Shown here: positions 12,066 through 22,349 of the stretch, piece by piece
Position numbering within the stretch: the stretch's first letter is position 1
Layout: each line of letters begins with the position of its first letter
NCBI GenBank assembly: GCA_963804165.1
Contig: CAWDPO010000037.1
Span: 87,876 to 151,875, forward strand
DNA from: an uncultured delta proteobacterium
Lineage (GTDB): Bacteria; Desulfobacterota; Binatia; UBA9968
DNA: 64,000 nucleotides
Direction: 5' to 3'
Notes under the pieces: model-generated
The model's database searches: none
Told to the model about the DNA's origin: nothing
Seen by the model: the letters and a program-made list of their open reading frames with translations, nothing else
Made by a program: the position numbers and the translations under genes

Positions 12066-12268
12066 TTACTCCTCGTAATGGTCGGTCCGAGTTTGCTCAC
12101 TTGTCTCTCAAACGGCTTACTGAATAACGTGTCTAACAACTCTTAGGTATCATCGGCGCCGTGCCATGTTCTCGCGGCCTGGCCATGAGGATATATATCA
12201 ATGTGGAAGGAATGATCAAAAAACCAAAGACAACAATTCTGGCGTGCAGAGACACTCCCGATTCCTTC

Positions 12269-13966
12269 TCATGCCCTGAAAAGCTCCCCCATGCGCCGAC
12301 CAAAAAAGCGGCCGGCGATGAAAAGACTTCCAGCCAAAAGCACCAGCCCCAAAATCCCCATCGCGCTCGCGATATAAGGGCCATCTGCGATTCGCCCCAG
12401 AAGGGCGTAGATCGCTTTTGTTATGGGATAATACTGCTCTTTCGAGGCAAGAATGAGACTGTCGCTGACCTCCAGCATGGCGAATGAAAATGACAGCACC
12501 GCCCCCGCTATGAGGTTGGCGAATATCAGCGGCATGGTGATTTGATAGAGAGCCTTCATCGGACTGGCGCCGAGGTTTATGGCAGCTTCTTCGAGGACGA
12601 CGCTAGTTTGTTGGAAGCCGGCGTAAGCCGCGCGTACCATATAGGGCAGTCGGCGCACCGCGTACGCAATAACCAGCAGTGGAACCGGATTGGCGCGGGC
12701 ATCGAGCGGTGTTGCCGAGAACGCTGCGACATAACCAAAGGCCAAGACGAGACCAGGAAGCGCCAGAGGAAGCATCGCAAGTGCATCCAGGACACCTCGA
12801 CCCGGCACTCGCTTGCGGGCCAAAAGGTAAGCGATGGTAACCCCAAGGACGACGTCGATGATCGTGCTCAGACTGCTCAGCAAGAGACTGTTTTTGATAC
12901 TGAGGAGCGCGAGGTCATGGCTAAATACATTGGCATAAAACTGAACGGTGTATTCACTGGGAAGTACGCTCAAGAACCAGCGCTTCGTCACCGACGTCAG
13001 TAAAACGCCTAGATGAGGAATGAGAGCCAGCGCTGAAATGCTCAGGACGACGCCGTAGGCGATGACGGTCATGGATGCTGACGCGGGGCGCATGGACGAC
13101 GCGACATGGCCGCGGCCAAGCATCTCGTAACTGCCCCCGCCCAGGATGCGTTTCGACAGATAAAAGAAAAAAAGCGTGAGCGCAATGACGGCCACCACGA
13201 ACGTGTAGCCCATCGGATTTTGATGCAGATCGGTCACCATGTTGAAAATCTGCACTGCGACGACTTCGCGATATTCAAAAACCAGCGGCGTGCCGAGGTC
13301 GGTGAACGCCCAGATGAAGACGATGATCGCCCCGGCAAAATAACCGGGAAGCATCAAAGGAAAAGTAACTGTACGAAAAAGCTTGAAGCTATTTGCCCCC
13401 ATGTTTTTCGCCGCTTCCTCAAGGCTGGGGTCGACATTGGCCAGGGCTGCCGCCAAATTCAAATACATGATCGGGTAAAGATGCAGCGACTCCAGGATCA
13501 CCACACCCCAAAAACTCCCGCCACCCAGCCAGTCGATGGGCTGGCTGATCACGCCCATCTCCAGCAGCAACAGATTGATAGATCCAAAACGCGCCAGCAG
13601 TTGACGCATGCCGATCGCCCCGACGAACGGCGGCAGCACCATGGGAATCAATATGAGACCGTTCAATAACCCCTTGCCGGGAAAATTATAACGCACCAGC
13701 AGGAAGGCTAGGGGAAGGCTGAGCAGAGTCGTAAATAACGTCACAGCCAATCCCAAATTGACGCTGTTGGCGAGGATGATCGTGTAGTTCGGGCTAGAAA
13801 ACATGAGTTTTATGAAGACCAGAGAAAACCCTTCAGCCGTGAAAAAAGCGTTGGAAAAAACGTAACCGAGGGGATACAGCATGAAGACAATGAAAAACGC
13901 CCAGAGGAAGATGAGCACCGCGGCATTGGCGGGGTTCAAGTCATAGCGACGCAACCAGCTAGTCAC
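12269..13966 (-). CDS. Fe(III)/thiamine-type ABC permease (AfuB/FbpB-like)
   Basis: Two EAA loops (LEEAAKNMGA, LEEAAINLGA); GTG start overlaps the end of the ATPase gene. Confidence 0.9.
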   Translation of the reverse strand: MTSWLRRYDLNPANAAVLIFLWAFFIVFMLYPLGYVFSNAFFTAEGFSLVFIKLMFSSPNYTIILANSVNLGLAVTLFTTLLSLPLAFLLVRYNFPGKGLLNGLILIPMVLPPFVGAIGMRQLLARFGSINLLLLEMGVISQPIDWLGGGSFWGVVILESLHLYPIMYLNLAAALANVDPSLEEAAKNMGANSFKLFRTVTFPLMLPGYFAGAIIVFIWAFTDLGTPLVFEYREVVAVQIFNMVTDLHQNPMGYTFVVAVIALTLFFFYLSKRILGGGSYEMLGRGHVASSMRPASASMTVIAYGVVLSISALALIPHLGVLLTSVTKRWFLSVLPSEYTVQFYANVFSHDLALLSIKNSLLLSSLSTIIDVVLGVTIAYLLARKRVPGRGVLDALAMLPLALPGLVLAFGYVAAFSATPLDARANPVPLLVIAYAVRRLPYMVRAAYAGFQQTSVVLEEAAINLGASPMKALYQITMPLIFANLIAGAVLSFSFAMLEVSDSLILASKEQYYPITKAIYALLGRIADGPYIASAMGILGLVLLAGSLFIAGRFFGRRMGELFRA

Positions 13967-15065
13967 CCAACTCCTCCTGGGGCAACACGACGACAGCCTG
14001 GGCATCAAATTGTAGCGCGAGTCGGTCGCCGACTTGAGCTTTCCTCGCTGTCGGGTTGTACTCCACGGCATGCATTGTGACGTCGTCGGCGAGACGCAAG
14101 GAGTATTGTTCATTGTCGCCGAGGTACATGATGCTTTGCACCTCGGCGAGCAGCTGGTTGGTCGCTTCGGATGGTGGAATACCGCTTGATTCGGCGGCGG
14201 GCTTTAATTGCACAGATTCCGGCCGTACCGAGCAATAAACCGTGTCGCCTCGCTCTATTCCTTTGACACCGTTTCTCGCACGCACAATGCCGGCTTGAGT
14301 TTTAACCCTTAACAGATCGCCCACCTCTTCCAGCGTTCCGCGTAGTAGATTAGTCCCACCGATGAACTGGGCGACAAATGCTGATTCAGGCCGAGTGTAC
14401 AGCTCATGGGGTGTGCCAACCTGGACGAGCCGGCCACGGCGCATCACCGCAATGCGGTCCGCCATGGACAGGGCCTCGGCCTGGTCGTGGGTCACGTAGA
14501 TCATCGTGCGCCCGATTTTACGGTGGATCTCTTTGATTTGCGTGCGCATTTCTATTCGCAGTTTGGCGTCGAGATTGGACAACGGCTCATCCAGTAAGAC
14601 GACGTCCGGTTCGATCACCAAGGCACGAGCGAGAGCGACTCGTTGTTGCTGCCCGCCTGAAAGCTGATTCGGCATGCGCTCGGCATAGGCGTGCATGTGG
14701 ACGATTTCGAGGGCGTGTCTAACCCGCTGGTCTTTCTCGGCTCGTGATACACGGCGCATTTTTAGTCCGTAGGCAACGTTACTTTGAACGTCCATATGCG
14801 GCCACAGCGCATAGTTTTGAAAAACCATGCCGGTGTTGCGTTTGTGAGGCGGCACCCGGCTCTGATCTGCGCCATTAAAAAGTATTTGGCCTTCGTCCGG
14901 AATATAAAACCCGGCGACCGTACGAAGCGCGGTGGTTTTGCCGCAGCCGGACGGCCCCAAAAGAAAGAACAGTTCCCCGGCGCCGATGTCCAAAGTCAGG
15001 TTGTCGACTGCCCTGGACTGGCCGAGGATCTTGGTGACAGAGTCAAATTTTACGCTAACCGCCAT
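13959..15065 (-). CDS. ABC ATPase (AfuC/PotA-like, with TOBE domain)
   Basis: GPSGCGKT, LSGGQQQR and LLDEPLSNLD motifs. Confidence 0.95.
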   Translation of the reverse strand: MAVSVKFDSVTKILGQSRAVDNLTLDIGAGELFFLLGPSGCGKTTALRTVAGFYIPDEGQILFNGADQSRVPPHKRNTGMVFQNYALWPHMDVQSNVAYGLKMRRVSRAEKDQRVRHALEIVHMHAYAERMPNQLSGGQQQRVALARALVIEPDVVLLDEPLSNLDAKLRIEMRTQIKEIHRKIGRTMIYVTHDQAEALSMADRIAVMRRGRLVQVGTPHELYTRPESAFVAQFIGGTNLLRGTLEEVGDLLRVKTQAGIVRARNGVKGIERGDTVYCSVRPESVQLKPAAESSGIPPSEATNQLLAEVQSIMYLGDNEQYSLRLADDVTMHAVEYNPTARKAQVGDRLALQFDAQAVVVLPQEELGD

Positions 15066-15080
15066 GTTATGTTGTGGACT

Positions 15081-16565
15081 TCAGCGCCTTTTTTTCCAAC
15101 TGTACGCTACTAGACCGAGCGAGAGAAAAGCAAAGGCGAGTAGGCTATACCATTCGTAGCGTATAATGGGCGGCTTCACCCCCAAGAGATATTTGCTCCG
15201 AGCGAAATGAATCCACTCATTGAGTTTTTGATTACGAAAGGCCGGATCTTTCCACTTCGTTTTCGCCAGCGCCAAAGCCTCATCCGCGGAGATGGGCATA
15301 GCCGCCAACCTCTGAAATTCCTGTTCGCGCGAACTCGTCGCCAAGGCCTCTTTCCACGCTCGGGTAAGCAGGTGCTTTTGGTCGATGACCAAAGCGCCGA
15401 TTAAGTCATTGACGATCGACCAACGCTCGGAACTCAACTTTGGGTCAAACACAAAGTCCGATCGCCAAGAGAATGGATTGAGCTTTACCGCCGTGCTCTG
15501 CGGCGACAGCGCATACAAGGATGGCAGCACGCTGAAGCGATTGAGTTGAAAGCGCTGCGGACCATCTGTCGTTTTCTCGGGCAGTAGCCACAGCTTTTGT
15601 CCTTCCTGAGACATCACGAAACGGATGAACGCCTTCGCAACATCGAGGTTGGCGGCGCCCTTTAAGATGCCGATACCATCCGGTGTAATAATCGTTAGAT
15701 TGTCGGGCATGACAAAACCGATCTTATCAGCGCCTGCTTCCTTGACTTGAGCCCAGGCGTAAAAATCGATCGCCAAACCGTAGGCCACTTCTCCGATCGC
15801 GACGTCCTTGGGAATTTGACTCGCTGCATTCGTAAAATTGCGTACGTTGGCTCCCAGTCCCGTAATGGTCCGCCAGCCTTTATCCCAACCATACGCCTGC
15901 AGGATAATCTCATAGACCATGTGCACACTGCCGCTCTTGCGCGGGTCCGAAGATCCCACCCAGCCAAACGCTTGCGGCGACGCTAAATCATCCCAAGTCG
16001 TGATGACCGGGAGCTTTGTAAGATTCAGTACGACTTTATTATAAACGATGCCGAAGCCCGCCAAGGTAGCGCCATACCAAGTGTGATCGGGATCATACAA
16101 AGGAACACCGGCCAAGCTCGCGGGTATTTTTTCAAGCAACGGCTTGGGTAAAGCGTAGGCGTCGAGGAGACGGTCCTTTTTTAGCGCTAAATAAGGTTCA
16201 AGTCCTCCCCCAAAAAAGATATCGATGCCGATTCCCGCCGGCTTGTTTTTGAATTCCGATTGCAGATAGCGCAGGGTTTCCGATGAGCCGCCTACGTCCA
16301 TCCACTCCAACTCTACAGTCCGCCCGGTCTCGCTCTGATAGCGTGCCTTAAACGCGCGCTCAAACTCATATCGGATTCCCTCCCAATGAGGGGAAATCAA
16401 CACGAGCTTGTCGGCAAACCCGACCGCTGGGAAACTGTGAATTAGCCAAACGGCTAGTATGAGAGCACGCCAAAGCATTCGGCTCATTGTGCGCACGCGG
16501 TTGTTAATCACCGGTATCCCATTGCGGGGAGCAGCACCCGTATCGTTTCTCTTGGCCATCAGCAT
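15081..16565 (-). CDS. Fe(III)-type ABC substrate-binding protein with C-terminal TM helix
   Basis: DIFFGGG, DPRKSGS and GILKGA motifs; C-terminal hydrophobic segment followed by KKRR; start may be further downstream (MSRML). Confidence 0.85.
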   Translation of the reverse strand: MLMAKRNDTGAAPRNGIPVINNRVRTMSRMLWRALILAVWLIHSFPAVGFADKLVLISPHWEGIRYEFERAFKARYQSETGRTVELEWMDVGGSSETLRYLQSEFKNKPAGIGIDIFFGGGLEPYLALKKDRLLDAYALPKPLLEKIPASLAGVPLYDPDHTWYGATLAGFGIVYNKVVLNLTKLPVITTWDDLASPQAFGWVGSSDPRKSGSVHMVYEIILQAYGWDKGWRTITGLGANVRNFTNAASQIPKDVAIGEVAYGLAIDFYAWAQVKEAGADKIGFVMPDNLTIITPDGIGILKGAANLDVAKAFIRFVMSQEGQKLWLLPEKTTDGPQRFQLNRFSVLPSLYALSPQSTAVKLNPFSWRSDFVFDPKLSSERWSIVNDLIGALVIDQKHLLTRAWKEALATSSREQEFQRLAAMPISADEALALAKTKWKDPAFRNQKLNEWIHFARSKYLLGVKPPIIRYEWYSLLAFAFLSLGLVAYSWKKRR

Positions 16566-16962
16566 TTTTTGGAGGAATCAGTTTAACTCTGCGGATCTCG
16601 TGCTAACGTCAAATTTCGACGAATCGTGGATTGCAGGAATGGTTCAGCAGTCTATAGCCGAGTTTGCCAAACGGGGTCAAGTAAGAATCTGTTAAATAAA
16701 TCCGTGAGAAAAAATGTGCAAGCAATGGCGCGGATCTCTGTTTGAGATCTAGATCTATAACAAGCAATTTGAAATCTGCGGTTGATTTTGAAGTAGGGGA
16801 TTCGAAAAAGAAAGATCACTCGCAGAGAGACGACGCCGAGTTTGGAGATATTTTCCATGCGCCAGCGGCTCTTGGGGCAAGAACGACCTGAGCCGGGACG
16901 GCTTGATTAAAAAAAATGGGCGCTATAGCATCAAGCGCCCTAACTAACGGGCTGGAGAGAAT

Positions 16963-19269
16963 ATGCGTTACGTGTCCGTGCGCTTACTTGTACTGGGTCT
17001 CCTATTTATATCGGTCGCCGCCTTTTCCAAGCCGTCGTTTGCTGCTGAAAGATTGGTGACAGAGCCGCTTGCGACAGCTGGCTTTAAATCACTCCAACGA
17101 GGCGACTTCGAGCAGGCGGCGGTGGAGTGGAGGGAAGCTGCCCAACTGTACCAGAGTGAAGGCAAGCTCAGCCAGCAAAGCGCTGCGCTCATATATCTGT
17201 CGCAAGCCCATCAGGCGCTCGGTCATTACCAGGAGGCTTCGAAAAACCTGGAGCTTGCTGTCACTGCTGCCAAAAACGCGGGTGACCGGGCGCAGATGGG
17301 TTTGGCGCTCGGCAACTTGGGGAACCTGTATATTGCCACCGGCCCAGCTGACGTTGCCGATAAACATCTGCGCGAGGGTCTTAGCATAGCAAGAGATCTG
17401 GGCAATTCGGAGCTGACGGCGGCCATCCTTAACAACCTGGGCAACCTGGCGAGCTCACAAAAAAAGTACGACGAGGCTAGCGCGGCTTACCTCGAAAGCA
17501 GTTTGCTCGCTGAGCGGAGTCGTAACAACTCATTAGCGGCGACGGCTCTGACCAATGCGGCAACGGCGTCGATGCTCAATGGGCGACATCAGGAAGCAAA
17601 AGCGCTGCTCGATAAGGCGCTTGAGCAGACGCGCACCCTCGAGCCCTCTCACGATCAGGCCTACGGACTCATTAACGTCGGATTAGCCTATCACCGCCTG
17701 CGCTTGAGCATGGCTGATTCGAGGGATGTTTTGGTAAGACAGGCTTACGAAGCGATCAGCGAGGCGGGTGGTATCGCCGAGCGTGTGGGCGATCGCCGGG
17801 CGATGTCGTATGCCTGGGGTAATCTCGGCAAAATCTACGAAGACGAGCAGCGCTATGCGGAAGCCTTGCAATTGACCCGCGCGGCATTGGCCGCGGTCCA
17901 AAACGTCAACGCGCCAGAGTCGCTTTATCGATGGCAATGGCAAATCGGGCGTCTGCTTAAGAAGACCGGAACCCTCGACGACGCCATCACCGCGTATCGC
18001 CAAGCGGTGCGCACGCTGCAGTCGATTCGACCGGAGCTGGCGGTCAGCTACGGTGCGTCGCAGACCTCGTTCCGCGAAGCTCTCGGACCGGTTTACTTCG
18101 AGCTAGTTGATCTGCTGCTGCAGAGGGCCGCTTCATTGCAGCAGGCTGATCAGATCGGGCCTTATCTCGTCGAAGCGCGAGAGGCCGTTGAATTATTCAA
18201 AGTCGCTGAGTTGCGCGACTACTTCCGCGACGATTGCGTCGATACCGCTCTCGCCAAAGTGACGCAGCTTGACGTCCTTGCGAAAACCACTGTGATTGTG
18301 TACCCGATCCTGCTTTCGGATCGCACCGAGCTATTGATCAGCTTGCCGACCGGGCTGAAGCGCGTCCGGGTTCCCGTAAGCGCGGATACGATCACGCAAG
18401 AGGTACGGCAATTCCGCCAGAGGCTGGAAAAGCGAACGACCCGGCAGTACTTGCCGCACGCGCAGAGACTCTACAATTGGCTCATCCGTCCGATCGAAGC
18501 GGATCTGGCATCCCTGCAAATCGATACCGTGATTTTTGTTCCCGACGGAGCGCTGCGAACGATTCCAATGGGCGCGCTGCATGACGGCAAACAATTCTTG
18601 GTCACCAAGTACGCGTTGGGAATCACTCCGGGACTGAATCTAACCGATCCACGGCCGATCAAACGCGATAGTATAAAAATGCTGGCCGTCGGAGTGACCG
18701 AGGCTGTGCAAGGATTTCCCGCGTTGCCTAACGTGTCGGAAGAACTCAAGGCGCTGACCGGACTTTTCCAGGGCACGACTCTGGTGGATAAAGAATTTCT
18801 TGCCGCCAATCTGGAGCAGAAGCTCAAAGATGAGCCGTTCACGATTGTTCACGTGGCGAGCCACGGCGAGTTCAGCGGCGACGCCGACAACGCTTTTCTT
18901 CTGGCGTTCGACCAAAAGGTGAGCCTGGACCGTCTCGATCAAATGGTCGGAGTTTTCAAGTTTCGCGATGAGCCGCTGGAGTTATTGACCTTGAGCGCCT
19001 GCGACACGGCGGCAGGCGATGATCGAGCCGCGCTGGGTCTTGCCGGTATGGCCATCAAAGCGGGCGCGAGAAGCGCCCTTGCGACCTTGTGGAATATCAA
19101 TGACGAAGCGTCGGTGGATCTGGTCCTGGAATTCTATCGTGAGCTGAAGGACACGTCGGTTTCACGGGCCGGTGCGCTGCAACGGGCGCAGCTCAAAATG
19201 ATCGCCAACCCGCGCTACGAACATCCTGGATTCTGGTCGCCGTTCCTAATGATCAATAATTGGCTCTAG
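16963..19269 (+). CDS. Secreted TPR + CHAT (caspase-HetF-like) protease
   Basis: Signal peptide, TPR repeats (LGNLGNLY), HVASHGEF and LSACDTA catalytic dyad, HPGFWSPF C-terminus. Confidence 0.93.
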   Translation: MRYVSVRLLVLGLLFISVAAFSKPSFAAERLVTEPLATAGFKSLQRGDFEQAAVEWREAAQLYQSEGKLSQQSAALIYLSQAHQALGHYQEASKNLELAVTAAKNAGDRAQMGLALGNLGNLYIATGPADVADKHLREGLSIARDLGNSELTAAILNNLGNLASSQKKYDEASAAYLESSLLAERSRNNSLAATALTNAATASMLNGRHQEAKALLDKALEQTRTLEPSHDQAYGLINVGLAYHRLRLSMADSRDVLVRQAYEAISEAGGIAERVGDRRAMSYAWGNLGKIYEDEQRYAEALQLTRAALAAVQNVNAPESLYRWQWQIGRLLKKTGTLDDAITAYRQAVRTLQSIRPELAVSYGASQTSFREALGPVYFELVDLLLQRAASLQQADQIGPYLVEAREAVELFKVAELRDYFRDDCVDTALAKVTQLDVLAKTTVIVYPILLSDRTELLISLPTGLKRVRVPVSADTITQEVRQFRQRLEKRTTRQYLPHAQRLYNWLIRPIEADLASLQIDTVIFVPDGALRTIPMGALHDGKQFLVTKYALGITPGLNLTDPRPIKRDSIKMLAVGVTEAVQGFPALPNVSEELKALTGLFQGTTLVDKEFLAANLEQKLKDEPFTIVHVASHGEFSGDADNAFLLAFDQKVSLDRLDQMVGVFKFRDEPLELLTLSACDTAAGDDRAALGLAGMAIKAGARSALATLWNINDEASVDLVLEFYRELKDTSVSRAGALQRAQLKMIANPRYEHPGFWSPFLMINNWL

Positions 19270-19283
19270 CCGGGTCTTTGGCC

Positions 19284-21295
19284 GTGAGATTACTGTTAAA
19301 CCTCTCACGCTCTCCTGTAGCCGTCACGCTCCTGCTGATTTTCGTTATCGCGCTTGGCGTCATTGGCGTGCGTCGGCTGGGCGTACTCGAAGGGCTTGAA
19401 TTGGCCGTCTACGACTGGTGCATTCGGTTAAGGCCAGATGCCGCCCGAACAGAATCTCGTATCGTCCTTATCAATGTGACTGAAGATGATATCCGAAAAC
19501 AAGGGCGCTGGCCGCTCACGGATGAGACGCTCGCCGAGACGTTAGAGATCCTGACTCGCTATCAACCCCGTGCCATTGCCGTAGATATCTACCGCGATAT
19601 CCCCGTACCTCCCGGACACGATCGGCTGAACAAGATTTTAACCGGCAACCCGCGGATCATAGCGACGACCAAGCTCTCGGACGATCCGGCAAGTGTGATT
19701 CCACCGCCGCCGGTGCTTAAGAATACCGATCAAATCGGCTTCAACGATATCCCTGTCGATCCCGACGGGATCGTTCGGCGCGGTCTGCTGATCATGGATC
19801 ACGGCGAGAAGACACTTTATTCGTTCTCACTTCGCCAAGCGCTGCTTTATTTGAAGCCCGAAGGGATTACGCCTCAACCCGACGCGGCCAACCCGGAATA
19901 TCTCAGGCTCGGAAAAGCAACCTTGCGGCCGTTCGAGAGTAGTGACGGTTCGTATGTCAATGCGGACTCAAGGGGCTATCAAATCCTGCTCGATTTCAAA
20001 GGTCTCCGATCACCCATCCAGTCATTCTCCCTCACCAAACTCCTATCCGGTGAGATTGAGCCAGCGGCGATCAAAGACAAAGTCGTACTTGTCGGAGTCA
20101 ATACCGAGAGCGTTAAAGATTCATTTTACACGCCGCAGAGCCGTGGCCTCCAGGCGGAACCCATTTCAGGAGCGGCATTGCACGGGCAGATCGTGAGTCA
20201 GCTTCTACGGTTCGCGCTCGACGGCGATCAACAGATTTCGATCCTGAGCGATCGCCAGGAAGGCATCTGGACTTTGCTCTGGGGCATCATGGGAGGCGCG
20301 CTTGGGTTCTCGGTGCGCTCACCCTGGCGTTTCTCCCTCCTGGGCGCTGTGGGTCTATTCATCTTAAGCAGCGTGGCTTATTTCGGATTTTTGAACGGCT
20401 GGTGGATCCCATTGGTGCCGCCAGCTATGACGTGGCTCGTCTCCGCAGCTCTCGTTACGGCCTATCTCTCCAACCACGAAAAAAAGGAGCGGGCCGTTTT
20501 GATGCAACTTTTTTCTCGGCATGTCTCACCGGAAGTGGCCGACGCCGTCTGGCAGCAACGCGAGCAGTTTATGGACGGAGGTCGACCACGCTCGCAAAAG
20601 TTCATGGCCACGGTGCTGTTCACCGACTTGAAAGGTTTTACTTCCGTATCCGAAAAAATGGATCCGCAGGCGCTGCTGGACTGGTTGAATACCTACATGG
20701 AAGCGATGGCTCAATTGGTCATGGCTCACGGCGGCGTCATCGATAATTACATCGGCGACTCGATCAAAGCGGATTTTGGCGTGCCGTTGCCGCGAACCAC
20801 CGAAGCCGCGATAGCCCAGAGACGCCGTGTCGGCCGTGAAGTTGTGCTCTGGCCATGGAAAAGGAACTGAAGCGACTGAATGCGCTGTGGCAGGAGCAAA
20901 ACCTTCCTACGGTCGCGATGCGCGTCGGTATTTTCACGGGGCCGGTGGTGGGCGGCAGTTTAGGCAGCGCGCAACGACTGAAATACACAACGATGGGCGA
21001 TACGGTGAATGTTGCCTCGAGGCTCGAGAGTTTCGATAAGGACCGTGTCGACCCGGAATTCGCGGATAGTTCATGCCGGATTTTAATCGGGCAGGAAACG
21101 CTCAACTATCTAGATAACCAGTTTACGACCAAGAAGATCGGCTCGGCGACTCTGAAGGGCAAGGACGAAGAAGTCGTCGTCTATCGCGTGGCTGGCGAAG
21201 CATACAAGGATCCCAGCACCGTAGCTCAGCCGGAAACGGATAGACCTATAGCGGCGGGAATGGGAAAATTGGTTGGGAACAAAGTTGACACTTGA
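19284..21295 (+). CDS. CHASE2 + class III adenylate/guanylate cyclase (frameshifted near 20820-20845)
   Basis: CHASE2 (RIVLINVTEDD, RWPL, DPDGIVRR), 3 TMs, LFTDLKGFT, GDTVNVASRLE. Removing two single-base insertions restores ...AQDAVSAVKCALAMEK. Confidence 0.88.
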
Positions 21296-21479
21296 CAACT
21301 AAGTTAACAGTCACTAAGAGCTTGTCAAATGAATTCACTTTTGCAATGTCTTCGTGGTAAGGGCCAATCCTGGCGGTTTATAGAGCAAACTGAGGACAAG
21401 ATTTAGGCATTCGGCTTATCTGTAATAGGATTTGAATAGGATTTGATCCGTTACACAATATCAACGTGCCGTTTGACAC

Positions 21480-21495
21480 TGGCATCAGCTTTGCT
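21480..21495 (+). promoter_or_regulatory. Sigma54 (-24/-12) promoter
   Basis: TGGCATCAGCTTTGCT = GG-N10-GC consensus, about 40 nt upstream of the DUF928 start. Confidence 0.75.
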
Positions 21496-21534
21496 CATAT
21501 AGTGAGCATGTCTGATCGCGAGGAGGAAGCGAAA

Positions 21535-22221
21535 ATGAAGTCTATGAAGAGCAAGGCGTGTTGTTTGGTTGCGCTGCTTACCTTGGCTGCGCCTTTGAGC
21601 GTGCTAGCCGCAGATGCGCCGTCTGGCGGTGGGACCGTTTACGTACCACCCAAGAGGGGAGCGCCCGGTGGGCGTGTGGGCGGTGGGTCGCGCGGCGTCC
21701 AGCGCGATGTGTTTGTCCTCTCGGTCTTGGCGCCGGATCATAGCGGGCTAACGATCAGCGAGCAGCCGTCGCTCTACTGGTACATCTCCGGCCCCACGTC
21801 GCTCCCCGTGGAGCTCACGGTGATGGACCCCGAGGGCGTTCAGCCTATCTTGGAAACCCGTGTTGCCGTTCCGGTGGAGGCGGGTGTCCATCGCGTCCGT
21901 TTGGCCGACCACAATATCAAGCTGAAACCCGGCGAAGCGTATCGCTGGTTTGTTACCGTGGTGCCGGATTCCAATCGACGATCCCGGGATATACTCGCAG
22001 GCGGCGCCATCGAGCGAATAGACGTCCCTGGCGACCTTAAATCGAAGCTGGTCACCGCGAAGAAGTCCGATCTACCTTCGCTCTACGCCGAATCTGGGAT
22101 CTGGTACGACGCGGTTGCCGCCATCTCGGATCTGATCGAGAGTTCGCCCCAGGACCAGGTTCTGCGCAAGCAACGCGCCGAGATGCTGTCCCAGGTGGGG
22201 CTAACGGGGATCAAGGATTAG
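21535..22221 (+). CDS. DUF928-family secreted protein
   Basis: Signal peptide, GAPGGRVGGGSRG, PSLYWY, YAESGIWYDA and LSQVGL motifs; GAGGAGG SD. Confidence 0.88.
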   Translation: MKSMKSKACCLVALLTLAAPLSVLAADAPSGGGTVYVPPKRGAPGGRVGGGSRGVQRDVFVLSVLAPDHSGLTISEQPSLYWYISGPTSLPVELTVMDPEGVQPILETRVAVPVEAGVHRVRLADHNIKLKPGEAYRWFVTVVPDSNRRSRDILAGGAIERIDVPGDLKSKLVTAKKSDLPSLYAESGIWYDAVAAISDLIESSPQDQVLRKQRAEMLSQVGLTGIKD

Positions 22222-22223
22222 GC

Positions 22224-22260
22224 AATCTCCCCTCGCCCCTCTTTGCCAAAGAGGGGGTGA
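22224..22260. repeat. REP-like palindrome CCCCTCTTTGCCAAAGAGGGG between convergent genes
   Basis: The same element occurs inside the MITE at about 54190-54222. Confidence 0.7.
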
Positions 22261-22349
22261 AAGCCACCTCGTGCATTCGCGCGGCGGGATCGATTTGAGT
22301 TCGACCGCCGTGGCGGTTTGTTTGGACTTTCTGAAAACGAGCTTCCGAG

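Noticed and set aside
12133-12255. Small membrane protein (VSLHARIVVFGFLIIP...)
   Set aside because: Weak support; the region more plausibly holds the promoter of the sigma54 regulator gene.
16902-16935. FNR-like site (TTGAT...ATCAA) upstream of the CHAT gene
   Set aside because: Half-site spacing is far longer than N4.
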